Positions 23,799-36,342 of a stretch of DNA of 64,000 nt are shown here, one piece after another (positions within the stretch are counted from its first letter, which is position 1; each line of letters opens with the position of its first letter). The notes under the pieces are model-generated. The model did no database searches, was not told the DNA's origin, and saw only the letters and a program-made list of their open reading frames with translations. The stretch is from positions 163,246,001-163,310,000 of the forward strand of contig NC_042999.1 in the NCBI RefSeq assembly GCF_006345805.1. The letters are read 5' to 3'. The DNA comes from Octopus sinensis. Lineage: Eukaryota. Both the position numbers and the translations under genes were made by a program.

Positions 23799-24788
23799 AG
23801 GAGTGTGACGGAGCGGGAGGGAGCGGAAGTGGGTCTTGCAGGTCTTGCAGGGCGCATGCGCCGGCGGAAGCGGAAGTGACAGACAGAACGCACGTGCGGC
23901 ATTGACCAGGCCAGACAGACTCGAGAATGACGCGAAGACGACAAGACGCTAGCAAGTTGGCTGAAGGCGAATCCGACTTCATCTCCTCAGGTAAGACCAA
24001 ATTACACTTCTAATTCTTTCCTTGTTCTGTTACGCTCCTTTCACCACACATATTACACAAAATTTGTCTTTCTCTACTCCCAGTTACAAGGTGGCACAAC
24101 TTTCTCAGGGTGGCTCAACTCTCATTATGAGTATGCTCAACTCTCCTCACTCAGCAGGAGTCTTGTGCCATTTGACAAATTTCTTAAACTGAGTACTACT
24201 TTGAAATGCAATCACCTTGAATATCATAATCCACACTGTATTATAACAGAGTATTTAAATTTCAAATGACAAGAAGTTATCCTACTAACAATGCAGATTT
24301 TGGGAAATGTGGCCCATTATGAAAAAGTGACTCAACTCTCCTGGATCTCCCCATCTTAGTTCAACCTACACAAGTTAATGTGTGAGAAACAAAAAAGGAA
24401 TTTTGAAATAAGTTTCTATAAAACTATTTTTTAAACATCGATTGACTATGGGAGCCCACCAGAATAAAATAGTAATCAAGGAGGTCCATAGATGAAAAAA
24501 TGGTTGATAATCCCTGACTTAGAGGTTCTTTTTCTTGTGTTCCCAAGTGCTTTATTGTGTTTCCCCTCATGTAGTAGTTGCCAATAGATTTCTGTTTGAT
24601 TTTATCTAACCAGTAAATACTCTGCTAATTGTCTTGGTTTACTTTCCCATTGAACCTAATTCTAATTAATAAGTATCAGCTGATGTGAAATAGCCTCTGT
24701 GACACTGAACTTATCAGGTACAAGGCATCATGAAACAAAAAAGACAATCCACTCCTACATATATAAATGGTATACTTTATGTGTTCAG

Positions 24789-25018
24789 ATGGCGAGCTGG
24801 CAGAAACGTTAGCACACCGGGCGAAATGCTTAGCGGTATTTCGTCTGCCGTTACGTTGTGAGTTCAAATTCTGCCGAGGTCGACTTTGCCTTTCATCCTT
24901 TCGGGGTCGATAAATTAAGTACCAGTTACGCACTGGGGTCGATGTAATCGACTTAATCCGTTTGTCTGTCCTTGTTTGTCCCCTCTATGTTTAGCCCCTT
25001 GTGGGTAATAAAGAAATA
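24789..25018 (+). mobile_element. SINE family B
   Basis: GGCGAGCTGGCAGAA...GAGTTCAAATT...AAAGAAATA; 20-bp TSD GGTATACTTTATGTGTTCAG at 24769-24788 and 25019-25038. Confidence 0.88.
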
Positions 25019-25519
25019 GGTATACTTTATGTGTTCAGCTCTATGTATTTGTTGTCAGCCATAATGCACATGTGTTTTTGTATGTATGTTTATATACATT
25101 TGTGTGTGTGTGTGTGTGAGAGAGAGAGAAAGAGAGAAAAAAGAAAGTGAAGGGATGTATTTGTCATGTATACATACATACATAAATATATATGCATACA
25201 CCTTTTTTGTATGTATGTGTGTGTGTGAGTGAGAGAGAGTAGTGTCTAAGTAGCACTCTCTCTCACACGCAAGTACACACACGCACGCATACATACAAAA
25301 ATGATGTATGCATATATATTTATTTATGCACGTATACATGACAACACACCCATTCACTCGGTCTCCCTCTTTCTCACACACATGTCCATTTCATCTGATG
25401 TTTGATAATGTAGGTCAATGTATCTCTGCGTGTGCTTGTGTGTGCATTCCACAATCACCATTTATTTCAATCACTTTTGTGAAGATATTTATGTAACTCA
25501 TTTTTTTCATTTAATCTCC

Positions 25520-27620
25520 ATTTCAAGATTTTTAAAAAATGATGAACATTGGGACCTTGCATTGACTGAAGCATCAGTAGGCGCAGGAGCGGCTGTGTGG
25601 TAAGTAGCTTGCTTACGAACCACATGGTTCTGGGTTCAGTCCCACTGTGTGGCACCTTGGGCAAGTGTCTTCTACTATAGCCTTGGGCCGACCAAGGCCT
25701 TGTGAGTGGATTTGGTAGATGGAAACTGAAAGAAGCCCATCGTATATATGTATATATATATGTGTGTGTGCGTTTGTTTGTGTGTCTGTGTTTGTCCCCC
25801 TAGCATTGCTTGACAACCGATGCTGGTGTGTTTATGTCCCCGTCACTTAGCGGTTCAGCAAAAGAGACCGATAAAATAAGTACTGGGCTTACAAAGAATA
25901 AGTCCCGGGGTCGATTTGCTCGATTAAAGGCGGTGCTCCAGCATGGCCGCAGTCAAATGACTGAAACAAGTAAAAGAGTAAAAGAGAGTAAAGAGTATCA
26001 GATTCTCCAAGGAAACTCTGTAACCTTTTTGCAATTATACTGAACATGTATCAACTTGGCAGTCCCCTACAACTTTGGATGAAACATCATGAGGACATGG
26101 CTGAGGACTTAAAGTATGCAATTCAACAGGCAAACCCAGATATCAGTATTCAGTTCTCTGAAACAATGTTTAACCAAGCACTGACTGAAATTGAGGATTG
26201 AGTTCTGGCCATGGGAGGCAAAAATTTGCAAGAGTCCTGCTCTGGATTGCTGAAAACAAGCCATCAAATTAGTGATTTAACTTCAGGAGACATATCAAGA
26301 GAGACAAATTATAACATTACAGACTTGGCTACATTTGTGAATGAACATGAACCTAAACTCCTTCCAGAACAATGCTGTGCATATGATAAAATTATTTTGT
26401 CAGTCAGAGAAAAAAGTGGAGGAATTTTTTTCTTGATGCTCCTGGTGGCACAAGTAAAGCATTTGTAACAACATTGCTTATCTCCAAGGTAAGGCAACAA
26501 AAAAGAATTGCAGTTGCTGTACCATTGTTTGGCATTGCTTCCACCCTTCTCCCAAGAGGACAAACAGTTCATTCTGCTTTTAAATTACTGCTAAACCTGG
26601 TCACAAATGACAGTCCAATTCGTAACATAAGCAAAGATTCAGGTTCAGCAGAATTGTTGTGCCAATGCCACCTTATCATTTGGGTTGAATGCACCGCGTC
26701 ACATAGAGGTGCAATGGAAGCTCTTGGTAAGACCTTACAGGACATCAGAGGCAACAATAAATCTATGGGAGGAGTTATATTGGTTTTATCAAGAGACTTC
26801 AGACAGACATTTCTAGTCATTCTGAGACAACAAGATCTGATGAAATAAAAGCATACATTAAGCAAGTCTTCACACTTTTGGAATAAAGTACTGAAATTCT
26901 CTTTCAATACTAATGTGTGAGCTTCATTACATGGGGACCAATGTGCAAAACAGTTTTCAACTGGTTCCTCCAATTAAAAAATGGAAAAGTACCATTTGAT
27001 GGGAACAGTGATATCAATTTGGCTCATATTGTCAGACTTAAGTAATGATTATAATTCACATAAATAGTTGTGTGAAAGGGCAATTCTTGCTCCAAAAAAT
27101 GTGACAACAGCAAGGATTAACCATGAATTAATGAATAAGATTCCAACAGTCATTAAAAAGTACAAATCAGTTGATTCAGTCCTTGACAAAAATCAAGCTG
27201 ACCATTACACAACAGAGTTTCTTAATTCTCTTGAGTCACCTGGAACTCCTCCGCATAAACTTTTTTCTGAAGGTAGGAGTCCTAATAATGCTTCTAAGAA
27301 AGTTAGATCCTCCTAAATTATGCAATGGGACAAGGTTGATGTGATATAAGCTGTCATCATTACTGGATGTGCCTCTGGAGAAGAGGTTTTTATTCCAAGA
27401 ATTCCAATCAAACCAACAAGCATGCCATTTGAGTTCAAAGGAACACAATTCCCAGTGTGACTTTGCTTCACAATCTACTGGCTTGCACTTAATTGAGCCT
27501 TGCTTTTCTCGTGGTCAACTTTATGTTAGTTGCTCCAGGGTTGGTAGTTTGCAAGATATATTTGTCTATGCTCCAAACCAGAAAATAAAGAATCTTGTTT
27601 ACCCAGAAGCTCTTACGTAA
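25520..27620 (+). pseudogene. Helitron Rep/PIF1-type helicase fragment, interrupted by a SINE
   Basis: NDEHWDLALTEAS|SINE|DSPRKL; FFL-DAPGG (Walker A region), GIASTLLPRGQTVHSAFKL, LIIWVEC, DFRQT, RAILAPKN and GQLYVSCSRV; many lesions. Confidence 0.8.
25580..25996 (+). mobile_element. SINE family A inserted in the Helitron relic
   Basis: Full head GGCGCAGGAGCGGCTGTGTGG through the GAGTAAA-like tail. Confidence 0.82.
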
Positions 27621-27978
27621 TTTCCTTCAACTTGTGATAGAATTTATCTACTTTCATAAAAGTGGTAAATTTTGTATTTTCGTTTTTTATTATTATTATT
27701 TTATTTATTTTTTATATTATGAATTCAGAATTGATTTCCCAATTGAAAAATAAATTGTATTCCAATTGAAGAATAAATTGAATTTAGAATAACAATTTTC
27801 TATAGAAAATAAAAGATAGGGAAGGAGAGATGGTTTGAATAAGGCACAAAGTGATGAACAAAGAGAAAGATAGGGGAGAGTAAAAGAAAGAATGAGAGTA
27901 GAGAAGAGAATGAGAAGCATTCATGCATCAGTCAAACTAAAATCTAAATTTAATGAAAATATAAAAACCATGAGTTAC

Positions 27979-28141
27979 CTGTTATAATGGTGTTGCCTTC
28001 ATAATTGAAAGCACAGCTGAAAATTTCATCTGTGTGTCCTTCAAGAACTTGTTTGCATGCCCCTGTCTCAGGGTCCCATATTCGTGCAGTTTTGTCTGAA
28101 GATGCTGTCAAAATGGCTGTGCCCTGAGGGTTGAATGTTAT
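27979..28141 (-). CDS. DAW1: DAW1 penultimate coding exon
   Basis: Encodes [55 protein letters not shown] (human, recalled: [55 protein letters not shown]). tttccag acceptor (phase 0), G/gtaact donor (phase 1); 163 nt; in frame with both neighbours. Confidence 0.93.
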
Positions 28142-28274
28142 CTGGAAATGATAAAGCAAACCAACAAAATTATAAATGTCAATGTACTTTGCAGGAATGT
28201 GCATGGAATAGTTGATCCAGTAAGCTCACAGTTGGAGCTGTTATCTACAGAATATTTTTCATTGGTACATTTTG

Positions 28275-28507
28275 AAGGTGGCGAGCTGGCAGAAACGGTA
28301 GCACGCCGGGCGAAATGTGTAGCCGTTTTTCGTCTGCCGTTGCGTTCTGAGTTCAAATTCCGCCGAGGTTGACTTTGCCTTTCATCCTTTCGGGGTCGAT
28401 AAATTAAGTACCAGTTACGCACTGGGGTCGATGGAATCGACTTAATCCGTTTGTCTGTCCTTGTTTGTCCCCTCTATGTTTAGCCCCTTGTGGGTAGTAA
28501 AGAAATA
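28275..28507 (+). mobile_element. SINE family B
   Basis: 24-bp TSD AATATTTTTCATTGGTACATTTTG at 28251-28274 and 28508-28531; 134 nt from a DAW1 acceptor. Confidence 0.88.
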
Positions 28508-29142
28508 AATATTTTTCATTGGTACATTTTGCAATCTTTTGGTACCATATTCTTACATTTAATGTATCAATACCTATAAATATAGACTCACAGGCTGAAT
28601 TAACAAAGCAACAGATTTCCAGCCAAATTACTGGCAGCAGCTGGTATTCTATCACTAGTATTGCTTCGAGTCCTTGATTGATACACTTCATTCTTAAAGG
28701 CTCAATCCACCTAGCAATAAAAAGGTACCATTGCTAGAAATAGCTCATGACTCCAAACAGTTGAATAACTATTAACTTCTTAGGGGTTTTGTTACTTCTT
28801 TCAAATATTCAGGATGGTACTGTGCTAACACAAACTGTTCATACACAAGGGATGGTGCATATTATCACCATCATTGTTTTAACATCTACTTTTCCATTTT
28901 CACTGAGGCAGATTTCCTAAGGATGGATGCCCTTTCTGTTAGCAAACCTCACCTGTTTTCAAGCAAGCTAATATTTCTTCGTGGCCAGGTATATTTTCAT
29001 GGAAGATTGGAAATGGGAGACACCAGTTGCATGATGGTGACACTCATTTACAACAATCATGTGATGTTCAAGACAAGGAGGCACAGCCCCACCCCCTTAT
29101 ACACACACACATGCATGCATGCTCATCATTTGACTCTATATA

Positions 29143-29362
29143 TACTCTTTTACTCTTTACTCTTTTACTTGTTTCAGTCATTTGACTGTGGCCATGCTGG
29201 AGCACCGCCTTTAGTCGAGCAAATCGACACCGGGACTTATTCTTTGTAAGCCCAGTACTTATTCTATCGGTCTCTTTTGCCGAACCGCTAAGTGACGGGG
29301 ATGTAAACAGACCAGCATCGGTTGTCAAGCAATGCTAGGAGGACAAACACAGACACACAAAC
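29143..29362 (-). mobile_element. SINE family A, 3' half
   Basis: Closely matches the 3' half of the other family A copies. Confidence 0.78.
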
Positions 29363-29479
29363 ATATCTAAATTTTAAATTATTCAAATTTTATATTTTAT
29401 TTTTATTTTTTGAAGGACACTCTGAAATAAATGAATGTATTCTTTGCTTTTTCCTTTTAATTCAGAGTAAATTTTTCAC

Positions 29480-30620
29480 TGGCTACCTACTCAGTAGCAA
29501 GGTTGTGAAGGAAAGCATTCTGCAGATTTTTATAGTCTCTGATATCATGATCTTTTGTAGAGTATGAATTAAGGATTTGCATTCCTTCCCCAAGATCAGC
29601 CATACTTTGTTCCAAACAGGTTGGTATGTATCCTGTTGCTCCAATAATAATAGGTATGAAGCTGAAAGTGTATTTTGGGTATTGGATTTGAAAACCCTCT
29701 TGAGTTTTTAAACCACATTGGTGTGCAGAGGGTAGCTGATTTCCACAACAGAACATAATTTCTCATGATCCCACACAGCACAACAATATCTGGCTGCTTG
29801 CTTTTAACTTGGTGACTGTTTTAATTTTGAAGTTCCACCAATATTCTTTGACCCATCAGTCTCAATATAGTCAACTCAGTCTGTAGGTGTTTTCTTTTTC
29901 TAGTTATTCTGTTCCTATCTGTTCTGACCATTGCATCATACCTCATGGAAAGATAATATGTGGAAGACATTCTCTCACAGTTGTCAATAATATGGTTGAT
30001 GTCTTCAGTTTTGGTCTTGCCCAGCTTACATTTATTGCCTACCAACATTTTCTGCCTCTTAAAGGGGATCTCTTGTTCTTGAATTATATAGAGGTAGCCT
30101 TCAAAGCGGGATGTCATAAACTTATCAGTACTTCGTGCCAAGCCTTTGACATGATTAATCCCTTCTGTAGTTTATGTTTTCTGTGCCAAGTACCTATCTA
30201 CTATCTTCTTAGTGAACTGCTCCATTTTTTATTTTGTTCTTCTGATAAATAGAGATCTGTATCAGCTCTTATTTTATACTTCACAAGTTCATTAGTTATC
30301 CTAATTATGTTATTGATTTCATGGTCACAAACGGATTTCATGGTCACAAACTTGGGCAAGATAATTACCGGTCTCTTTCCTTGCAGTGACCAGTTCAGAA
30401 GGCCAAATGTAGGTGTGAAAACAGACAATGCAAAGGTGTTGTGGGCAATATGCTTGTTGTAAGCTGAGAATTTTGATGACCATATTCTCCTTATCCTCCC
30501 AAGGCATTCATTCCTGGTCTTCTTCTTATTTGTATGTAACCTGACTGCTCTCTGTAGCTCAATTTTTCTAATATTTGGTATGTTGACTTCATATGAGCAG
30601 TAATTACATACATCCAAGTA
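29480..30620 (-). pseudogene. Degraded non-LTR element with restriction-like endonuclease (R4-like)
   Basis: AHNTFALSVFTPTFG (late RT/thumb), IIQEQEI...CK..TEDINHII (knuckle remnant) and IPIIIGATGYIP (endonuclease end). Confidence 0.6.
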
Positions 30621-30789
30621 TCAGACTGACCATAATGGTTGCCATGTTTTATGTATGTCTGTGTATGTGTGAGCATATGTATGTGCATGTGTGTGTTTGT
30701 GAATGTATAGTAATGCTTCACTTTACAAGGACCCACTTTATGAGACCTCAAGTTTACAAGTTTTATTTTAAGCTAGTATGTAGCTTTTA

Positions 30790-31000
30790 AGCAACTAGCC
30801 CCAAATGGAAAGATCTGCAAACAGATCTCTGACTTGTTTTGGAGAATTTGTAGCAATTGCTTCGTCCAGAGTCATATCATGTAAAAGAATCGATGGAAAC
30901 AATCCCAATAGTGTAAACGTAGGAACCCACAATTTCAGGATTGCAGGTCCGGATTTGGTTTGGAATGTTTTTGATTTACTCATGGAGTTAGCCTGATTTC
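30790..31000 (-). pseudogene. Short Helitron-like fragment
   Basis: DMTLDEAIATNSPKQVRDLFA resembles the Rep-helicase linker. Confidence 0.4.
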
Positions 31001-31989
31001 AGAATGGTATGATATGTTGAGCTACAGCCACTAGGAGTAAAGTTGAAAGAGTGTGACACATGACATTTGCATTTATTATATTAGATATGTTTAATTTTAA
31101 TTTTGGGGAAACTGTATTTCAATTAAAGTACATATTATATGTGTGTGTGTATGTGTGTATATGTACATACACACACACACATAAATATATATGCATGTAC
31201 ATGTATGTATTAAAGAAAGCAAAAATGATAGTTTTCAGAAGTTTGTTCAGTATGCTGGCCACAGGAATTTCTATCCAGGAAAGTTGTACCTCATCTCCCT
31301 CTTTCTCTCACATACTCACTCTTTCTCTCTCTCTCTTATTATTACTCCCACTGCCACCATCAACACTACTACTTTTAATAAAACATCATCAACTCTCCCT
31401 AAATTTCTTTGTCTCTCTTTCTCTCCCTATCTTTTTCTTTCTTTCTTTCTTTCTTTCTCTCTCTCTGTCTGTTTTTGTCACTGCCCTCACTGTGTCTATG
31501 CCTACATTTACTCTCACTCCAGCACAAGGAAGTGTCATTGAATAGTGAGAGAAGGGGTCAAAGTGTGACACACTGACACACAGAAATTAGTTTTCGCATT
31601 TATTATACTAGATATAGAAAGATTAAACAGCCATTTTGTGGAGTAAAATGATGGCATAAAATTGCAATGTCTTTGTGCATGCACTTTGTTTAGAGAGATT
31701 ATTATAAGCTAATTCTTCATGCCATACATTTTATATTGTGTGGTGGAAGGTAATTGACCAGAAGGGAGAAAGAAAGATGTCGCAAGACATCTTGTGGCAG
31801 GGCACCTCTATCCCTTTTTTTATGGTGTCTGCAGAAGAGGCAAGTCATGCAGCTATCAGTAGTGTGAAGTGATCCAAGCTGGTGAGAGATTGGTAGAGTC
31901 AACACATGATAACAACTGAATGATCTGGCCATGGTTGCCAATTGCAACTCAAGGTAAGAACAACTATATTTTTGTGCTGTTAAACTACT

Positions 31990-32946
31990 CAGCATTTTTT
32001 AAACCCACCCAATATGTATAAACAAAAGTGTACAACAGACACCAATGGAAACAAAAAACCATCACTTTGGAAATGAAGTATGAAATTGTAAAAATGCTCA
32101 ATAGCAGTACAACTGTGAAAAACATTTGTGACAAATCTCCACTTAACTCATCAACTGCACAATTCTCAAAGGGAAACAAAAATATTTATTTCAAGTGAGA
32201 AATGCGTAGCCTTTGCAATCAACCTGGGCTTGTGAAAGAGATGCTGGAAGCATTATTCTGGAAATGGAAAAACTTTTAAATGCATGGATAAGTAATAAAG
32301 CACAATGAATGCATGTGAATGTTAACAGAGGATTGATTTGAAGCAAACCAAAGCATTGTCTGTTTTCAGTATACTTAAAGAAATGAAAGATGACACAAAT
32401 GAAACTGTCGTTGCAAGCAGAGGATGGGTTGGTCGATTTAAAAATCAACACAGGTGGCATTCCATTAAAGTGCAAGGAGAAGTGTCAAGTGCTGATGTAG
32501 ATGCAGCAGAAAAATTTCCAGAAACATTGGCAGAAATAATTGAAGAGGGGGGGGGGGGGCTATGTGTCACAACTGATTTTTAATGTCAGTGAAACAGGAC
32601 TTTTCTGGAAATGTATGCCATATGGAAATGTTACATTGCTAAGGAAGAATCTGTGCTGCCTGGTTTTAAAGTTGCAAAAGACTGACTGACATTATTATTT
32701 AGAGGAAATGCATCTGGGGATTTAAAATTCAAACCGATGCTAGTTTATTGAGTGGAAAATCCTAGGGCACTTAAAGATATCTTACAAAGTACCCTTCCAG
32801 TCATATGGAAATCTAATAAAAAAGCTTGGGTTATGGCAACATTATTTGAAGAATGGTTTTTATATCACTTTGTGCTGAAAGTTAAGAAATGTGATAAGAA
32901 CAAATTTCCATTTCATGTAATGTTGTTTATTGACAATTGCACCTAG
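31990..32946 (+). pseudogene. Tigger/TIGD1-like pogo transposase relic
   Basis: ASRGWVGRFKNQH, VQGEVSSADVDAAEKFP, ETGLFWK, ENPRALK, WKSNKKAWV and FIDNC. Confidence 0.78.
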
Positions 32947-32959
32947 GGAAATACCTAGC

Positions 32960-33682
32960 CAAAGATTACAAGGAGAAAGCCTTTGACAGAGTCCCCCAAT
33001 CCTTTATCTGGTGGTCAATGAGGAAACTAGGGATAGATGAACGGTTAGTGATAGCTGTGTAAGCCATGTACAGGGACACTGTCAGTAAGGTGAGGGTTGG
33101 CAATGAGTACAGTGAAGAATTCCAGGTAGAGGTAGGGGTCCACCAAGGTTCAGTCCTCAGCCCCCCCCCCTATTATCATAGTCCTCCAAGCAATAACAGA
33201 GGAATTCAAGACATTCAATGACTGGCATCCGTGCTAGTGGAGCACTAAGAGCACCATCCAAGCGTGATCGTTGCCAGAGCAGGAGACTGGCTTCCATGCC
33301 AGTGGCATGTAAAAAGCAGCATTCAAGTGTGATCATTACCAGCGTCACCTTACTGGCACTTGTGCTGGTGGCACATGAAAAAACATTCAAGCAAGGTCGT
33401 TGCCAGTTCCGCTGCACTGGCTCCTGTGCACCTGGCACATAAAAAGCACCATTTGAGTGTGGCCGTTTCCAGTACTGCCTGACTAGCCCTTGTGCCAGTG
33501 GCACATAAAAGCACCCACTACACTCTCGGAGTGGTTGGCGTTAGGAAGGGCATCCAGCTGTAGAAACTCTTCCAGATCAAAATTGGAGCCTGGTGCAGCC
33601 ATCTGGTTTGCCAGTCCTCAGTTAAATCGTCCAACCCATGCCAGCATGGAAAGCGAACGTTAAAAGATGATGATGATGATGA
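32960..33682 (+). mobile_element. RTE-type LINE: mid-RT fragment joined to the 3' UTR and (GAT)n tail
   Basis: KAFDRVPQSLIWWSMRKLG...VGVHQGSVLSP, then the same 3' UTR as 43080-43670. Confidence 0.75.
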
Positions 33683-33944
33683 ATGCATTAGGGCCTATTA
33701 AATCAATAACTTTTTTGTCATGTGTCACTGTGAAAAATACTTATTGATTTTTGGAGGCAAGAATCAAAGAGCAAAGCCTAAGGCTTTGATAAGCTGACTC
33801 AACATGTTGGTTACAATTTCTGATTGAAACCAACTTTGCCTACATTGAAAATACCTTTTAGTTAAAAGCATGAACATCACATCTAACTTTTGTTATGCAA
33901 AGGCAAACCTGTACAAAAAAAAAATTCTAATTATAAGAATTTAC

Positions 33945-34117
33945 TTTTGAAATTTCTCCTTCATGTCCTTCCAGTTTTGAACAAAGAATGTGAGTGGTAG
34001 TGTTGTAAACACGAGCTGTGCCATCAGCAGAAGCAGTCAATAAATATTGACCAGTCAGGTCAAAGCCAACATCTAGAACTTCATCCTTATGACCACGGAA
34101 CGTTCCAATACATTTTC
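33945..34117 (-). CDS. DAW1: DAW1 (WDR69/ODA16, outer dynein arm assembly factor) coding exon, third from last
   Basis: Encodes (G)[57 protein letters not shown], closely matching the recalled human DAW1 segment [38 protein letters not shown]...[11 protein letters not shown]. Pyrimidine-rich ctccag acceptor (phase 1) and gtaaat donor (phase 0); 173 nt. Confidence 0.93.
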
Positions 34118-34201
34118 CTGGAGAAAATAAAAAGAGGAAAAATATAGAACATTTATACACACATCTATCTATCTCTATCTATATCTATATCTATATATAT
34201 A

Positions 34202-34410
34202 TTTACGGAGATGTACTTGCATAGCAAGTGATTTGATCTGAGATCGTGTGCTGGAACGAAAACAATTGCAGCGTGGAAGGTGTTTGTAAGCCATTTAAGA
34301 AACACACAAAAGCCGTTCGATTCACTTCAACATTTAAGTTTAATTTGTCAAAATACTTTCGTTGCTTTAAGACCGCAACCTGTTTACTGACAAAAATCCG
34401 TGCTGCATCT
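34202..34410. repeat. Half copy of the palindromic element seen at 48697-49045
   Basis: Aligns to one arm and stops at the symmetry centre (GTGCTGCATC); flanked by (TA)n. Confidence 0.75.
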
Positions 34411-34424
34411 GCATCTGTTATCTA

Positions 34425-34508
<84 letters not shown>

Positions 34509-34509
34509 A

Positions 34510-34810
34510 GAAAGACAAACAATAGCAGGCATGAGGAATGTATTGAGAGAGAAGTTAGGCATAAGAGGAATTAGATGCTGTGTGCAAGAAAGAAGAATGC
34601 ACTGGTTTGGTCATGTGTTGCAGATGGATGCCGTTAGCTCCATAAAAAAGTGCCGATCTCTCAAAGTAGATAGAATGTGTAGAGGTGGACCCAGGAAGAC
34701 ATGGGATGAAATAGTGAAGGACAACCTGAAAACGCTGAATCTTTCAGGCAAAATGACAAAGGATCAAGATGCCTGGCACTTTGCTTTACTGAAGAAGACC
34801 CGAAGGTAAA
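34510..34810 (+). pseudogene. RTE-type ORF 3' fragment
   Basis: RRMHWFGHVLQMD...RGGPRKTWDEIVK...DQDAW. Confidence 0.7.
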
Positions 34811-35013
34811 TGTGTTTGAAAGTTGTGTTTTTCTTTTGGTATGTTTGTTCCCAAACAACACTTCTTTTAGTGCTGTTTACACCACCGGATTGAATGGTAC
34901 TGCCCAGGTGTAAAACCATAATGATATCTGTGGGGCAGCTGATGATGGAGGTATGTTGGATTGTTTGTATGTCTTTTTTTGTATATGTGGAATAGTGTTA
35001 TAACATATCCTTT

Positions 35014-35044
<31 letters not shown>

Positions 35045-35509
35045 ACAGCCAAAACTCATACCGCTAAGTAGTTGTAATTCTGAAATAGAAAGAGTAGACC
35101 GTGTTATTGCGGTAAGATTTGAAAATTTAGAGCATATGTACTGGAGGCTTCTGTACCATAGCCTCGTGGACATATACTCGTCCTAGGCTCTCTGCCGACG
35201 AGGCACGCCAGATGTAAATGAATTTAATTTAATTTATTTTAATTGATTCATTTGCCAAAGTTTTGCCAAAACTATGCATAGTCCAGAGATGAAAGGGGTA
35301 AACGTTTTTATTTCTCTTTCTATTTCAGAATTACAACTACTTAGCAGTATGAGTTTTGGCTGCTCTTTCTAGTGAGTCGAATGTCCTATATGGCCATTCC
35401 TTATATTGTTGAATGTATATTATATAGTCTTTGACTATTTTTTCTTTCTCACTAGACCACTGGTAGCGGAGAATTTTTCTAGAATTTTTTGCCACCCTTA
35501 TATTTATTA

Positions 35510-35512
<3 letters not shown>

Positions 35513-35580
<68 letters not shown>
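35513..35580. repeat. (TA)n microsatellite, representative of many (TA)n, (TG)n, (AAT)n and (GAT)n tracts
   Basis: Directly visible; other examples at 11718-11790, 14250-14348, 14870-14912, 42567-42652 and 63495-63535. Confidence 0.95.
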
Positions 35581-35585
<5 letters not shown>

Positions 35586-36342
35586 CTAAGAGCCCATAAA
35601 TCAGAAAAAACAGGTACTCCTGTACTTGTAATGGAGTGAGTATATTAATATTGGATTTTCAGATAAATTCATTAATTTTTTCTTAATTCATTTGAATCAA
35701 AGCCAAAAATATTTGTATCATATTATTTTATGGGTTTTTTTTTTAGTTCTAATATTCCTCCATAGCTTTTTTTTTTTATTACTTGAATTAAATTATTTGA
35801 ATAAATTTTACTGCATTTCAGACATACACAGTTTTTCTCCTAGCCAAGGAACATCCTTTGACCTAAGATATACAAATTTCACAAAAATTACTATGGTAGT
35901 CCTCTCAATGTCTTGTTGGCTTATGTTTTGTTGGACAGCAAACAACAGAGTTTTGATAATAGTTTTCCGGTACTTTTAATTCTGTGCTGTTTGTGACTTG
36001 TGTACAATATCTAGTTGGCTCCACATCAAAGTTTTGTATTTGTGTTTGCTTGAAAGTCTGCATACTTAATCATGGTTTGCTGAGAACAGAACTTTTTGCA
36101 TGCTTTATGATCCAGTTTGTCCTGCTTTCATTGTTAGAATGCCTTAATTTGTACATCAAATGTTGTCTTTTCAAATTGAGTGATGATGTCATGAAAACTT
36201 AATCAATGACACCCAACAACTACTGTAAGTACGAGCAGAATAAAATATCAGCCATGAAATCTTGTTTTAAAAATTCCTTTTCAAAGTGCGTGCGTGATGG
36301 TGGGACTGTTGATGGTGTGTGTGTGCGCATGCATGCAAATGT

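Larger units (their letters stand above)
19853..24057 (+). mobile_element. Compact Ty3/gypsy LTR retrotransposon, apparently intact (4205 bp)
   Basis: 275-bp TG...CA LTRs at 19853-20127 and 23783-24057 (2 differences), 5-bp TSD CAAAA, and PPT AGGGGGG before the 3' LTR. gag and pol are both uninterrupted. Confidence 0.95.
17141..24352 (+). mobile_element. pogo-family (DDE_1/CENP-B-like) DNA transposon, decayed and interrupted by a gypsy element
   Basis: 26-bp TIRs GAGGAGATCCAGGTGAGTTGAGCCAC and GTGACTCAACTCTCCTGGATCTCCCC (3 mismatches). Transposase fragments at about 17600-19330: VTSGERGELVTVV, LILDNHDAH, HKLQP, ILTDTP. Subterminal CTCAACTCTC repeats. Only the left TA is intact. Confidence 0.8.
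16972..24516. mobile_element. hAT-type MITE split by nested insertions
   Basis: Termini CAGTGGTTCTCAAC... and ...GGTTGATAATCCCTG; 8-bp TSD ACTTAGAG at 16964-16971 and 24517-24524. Confidence 0.8.
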
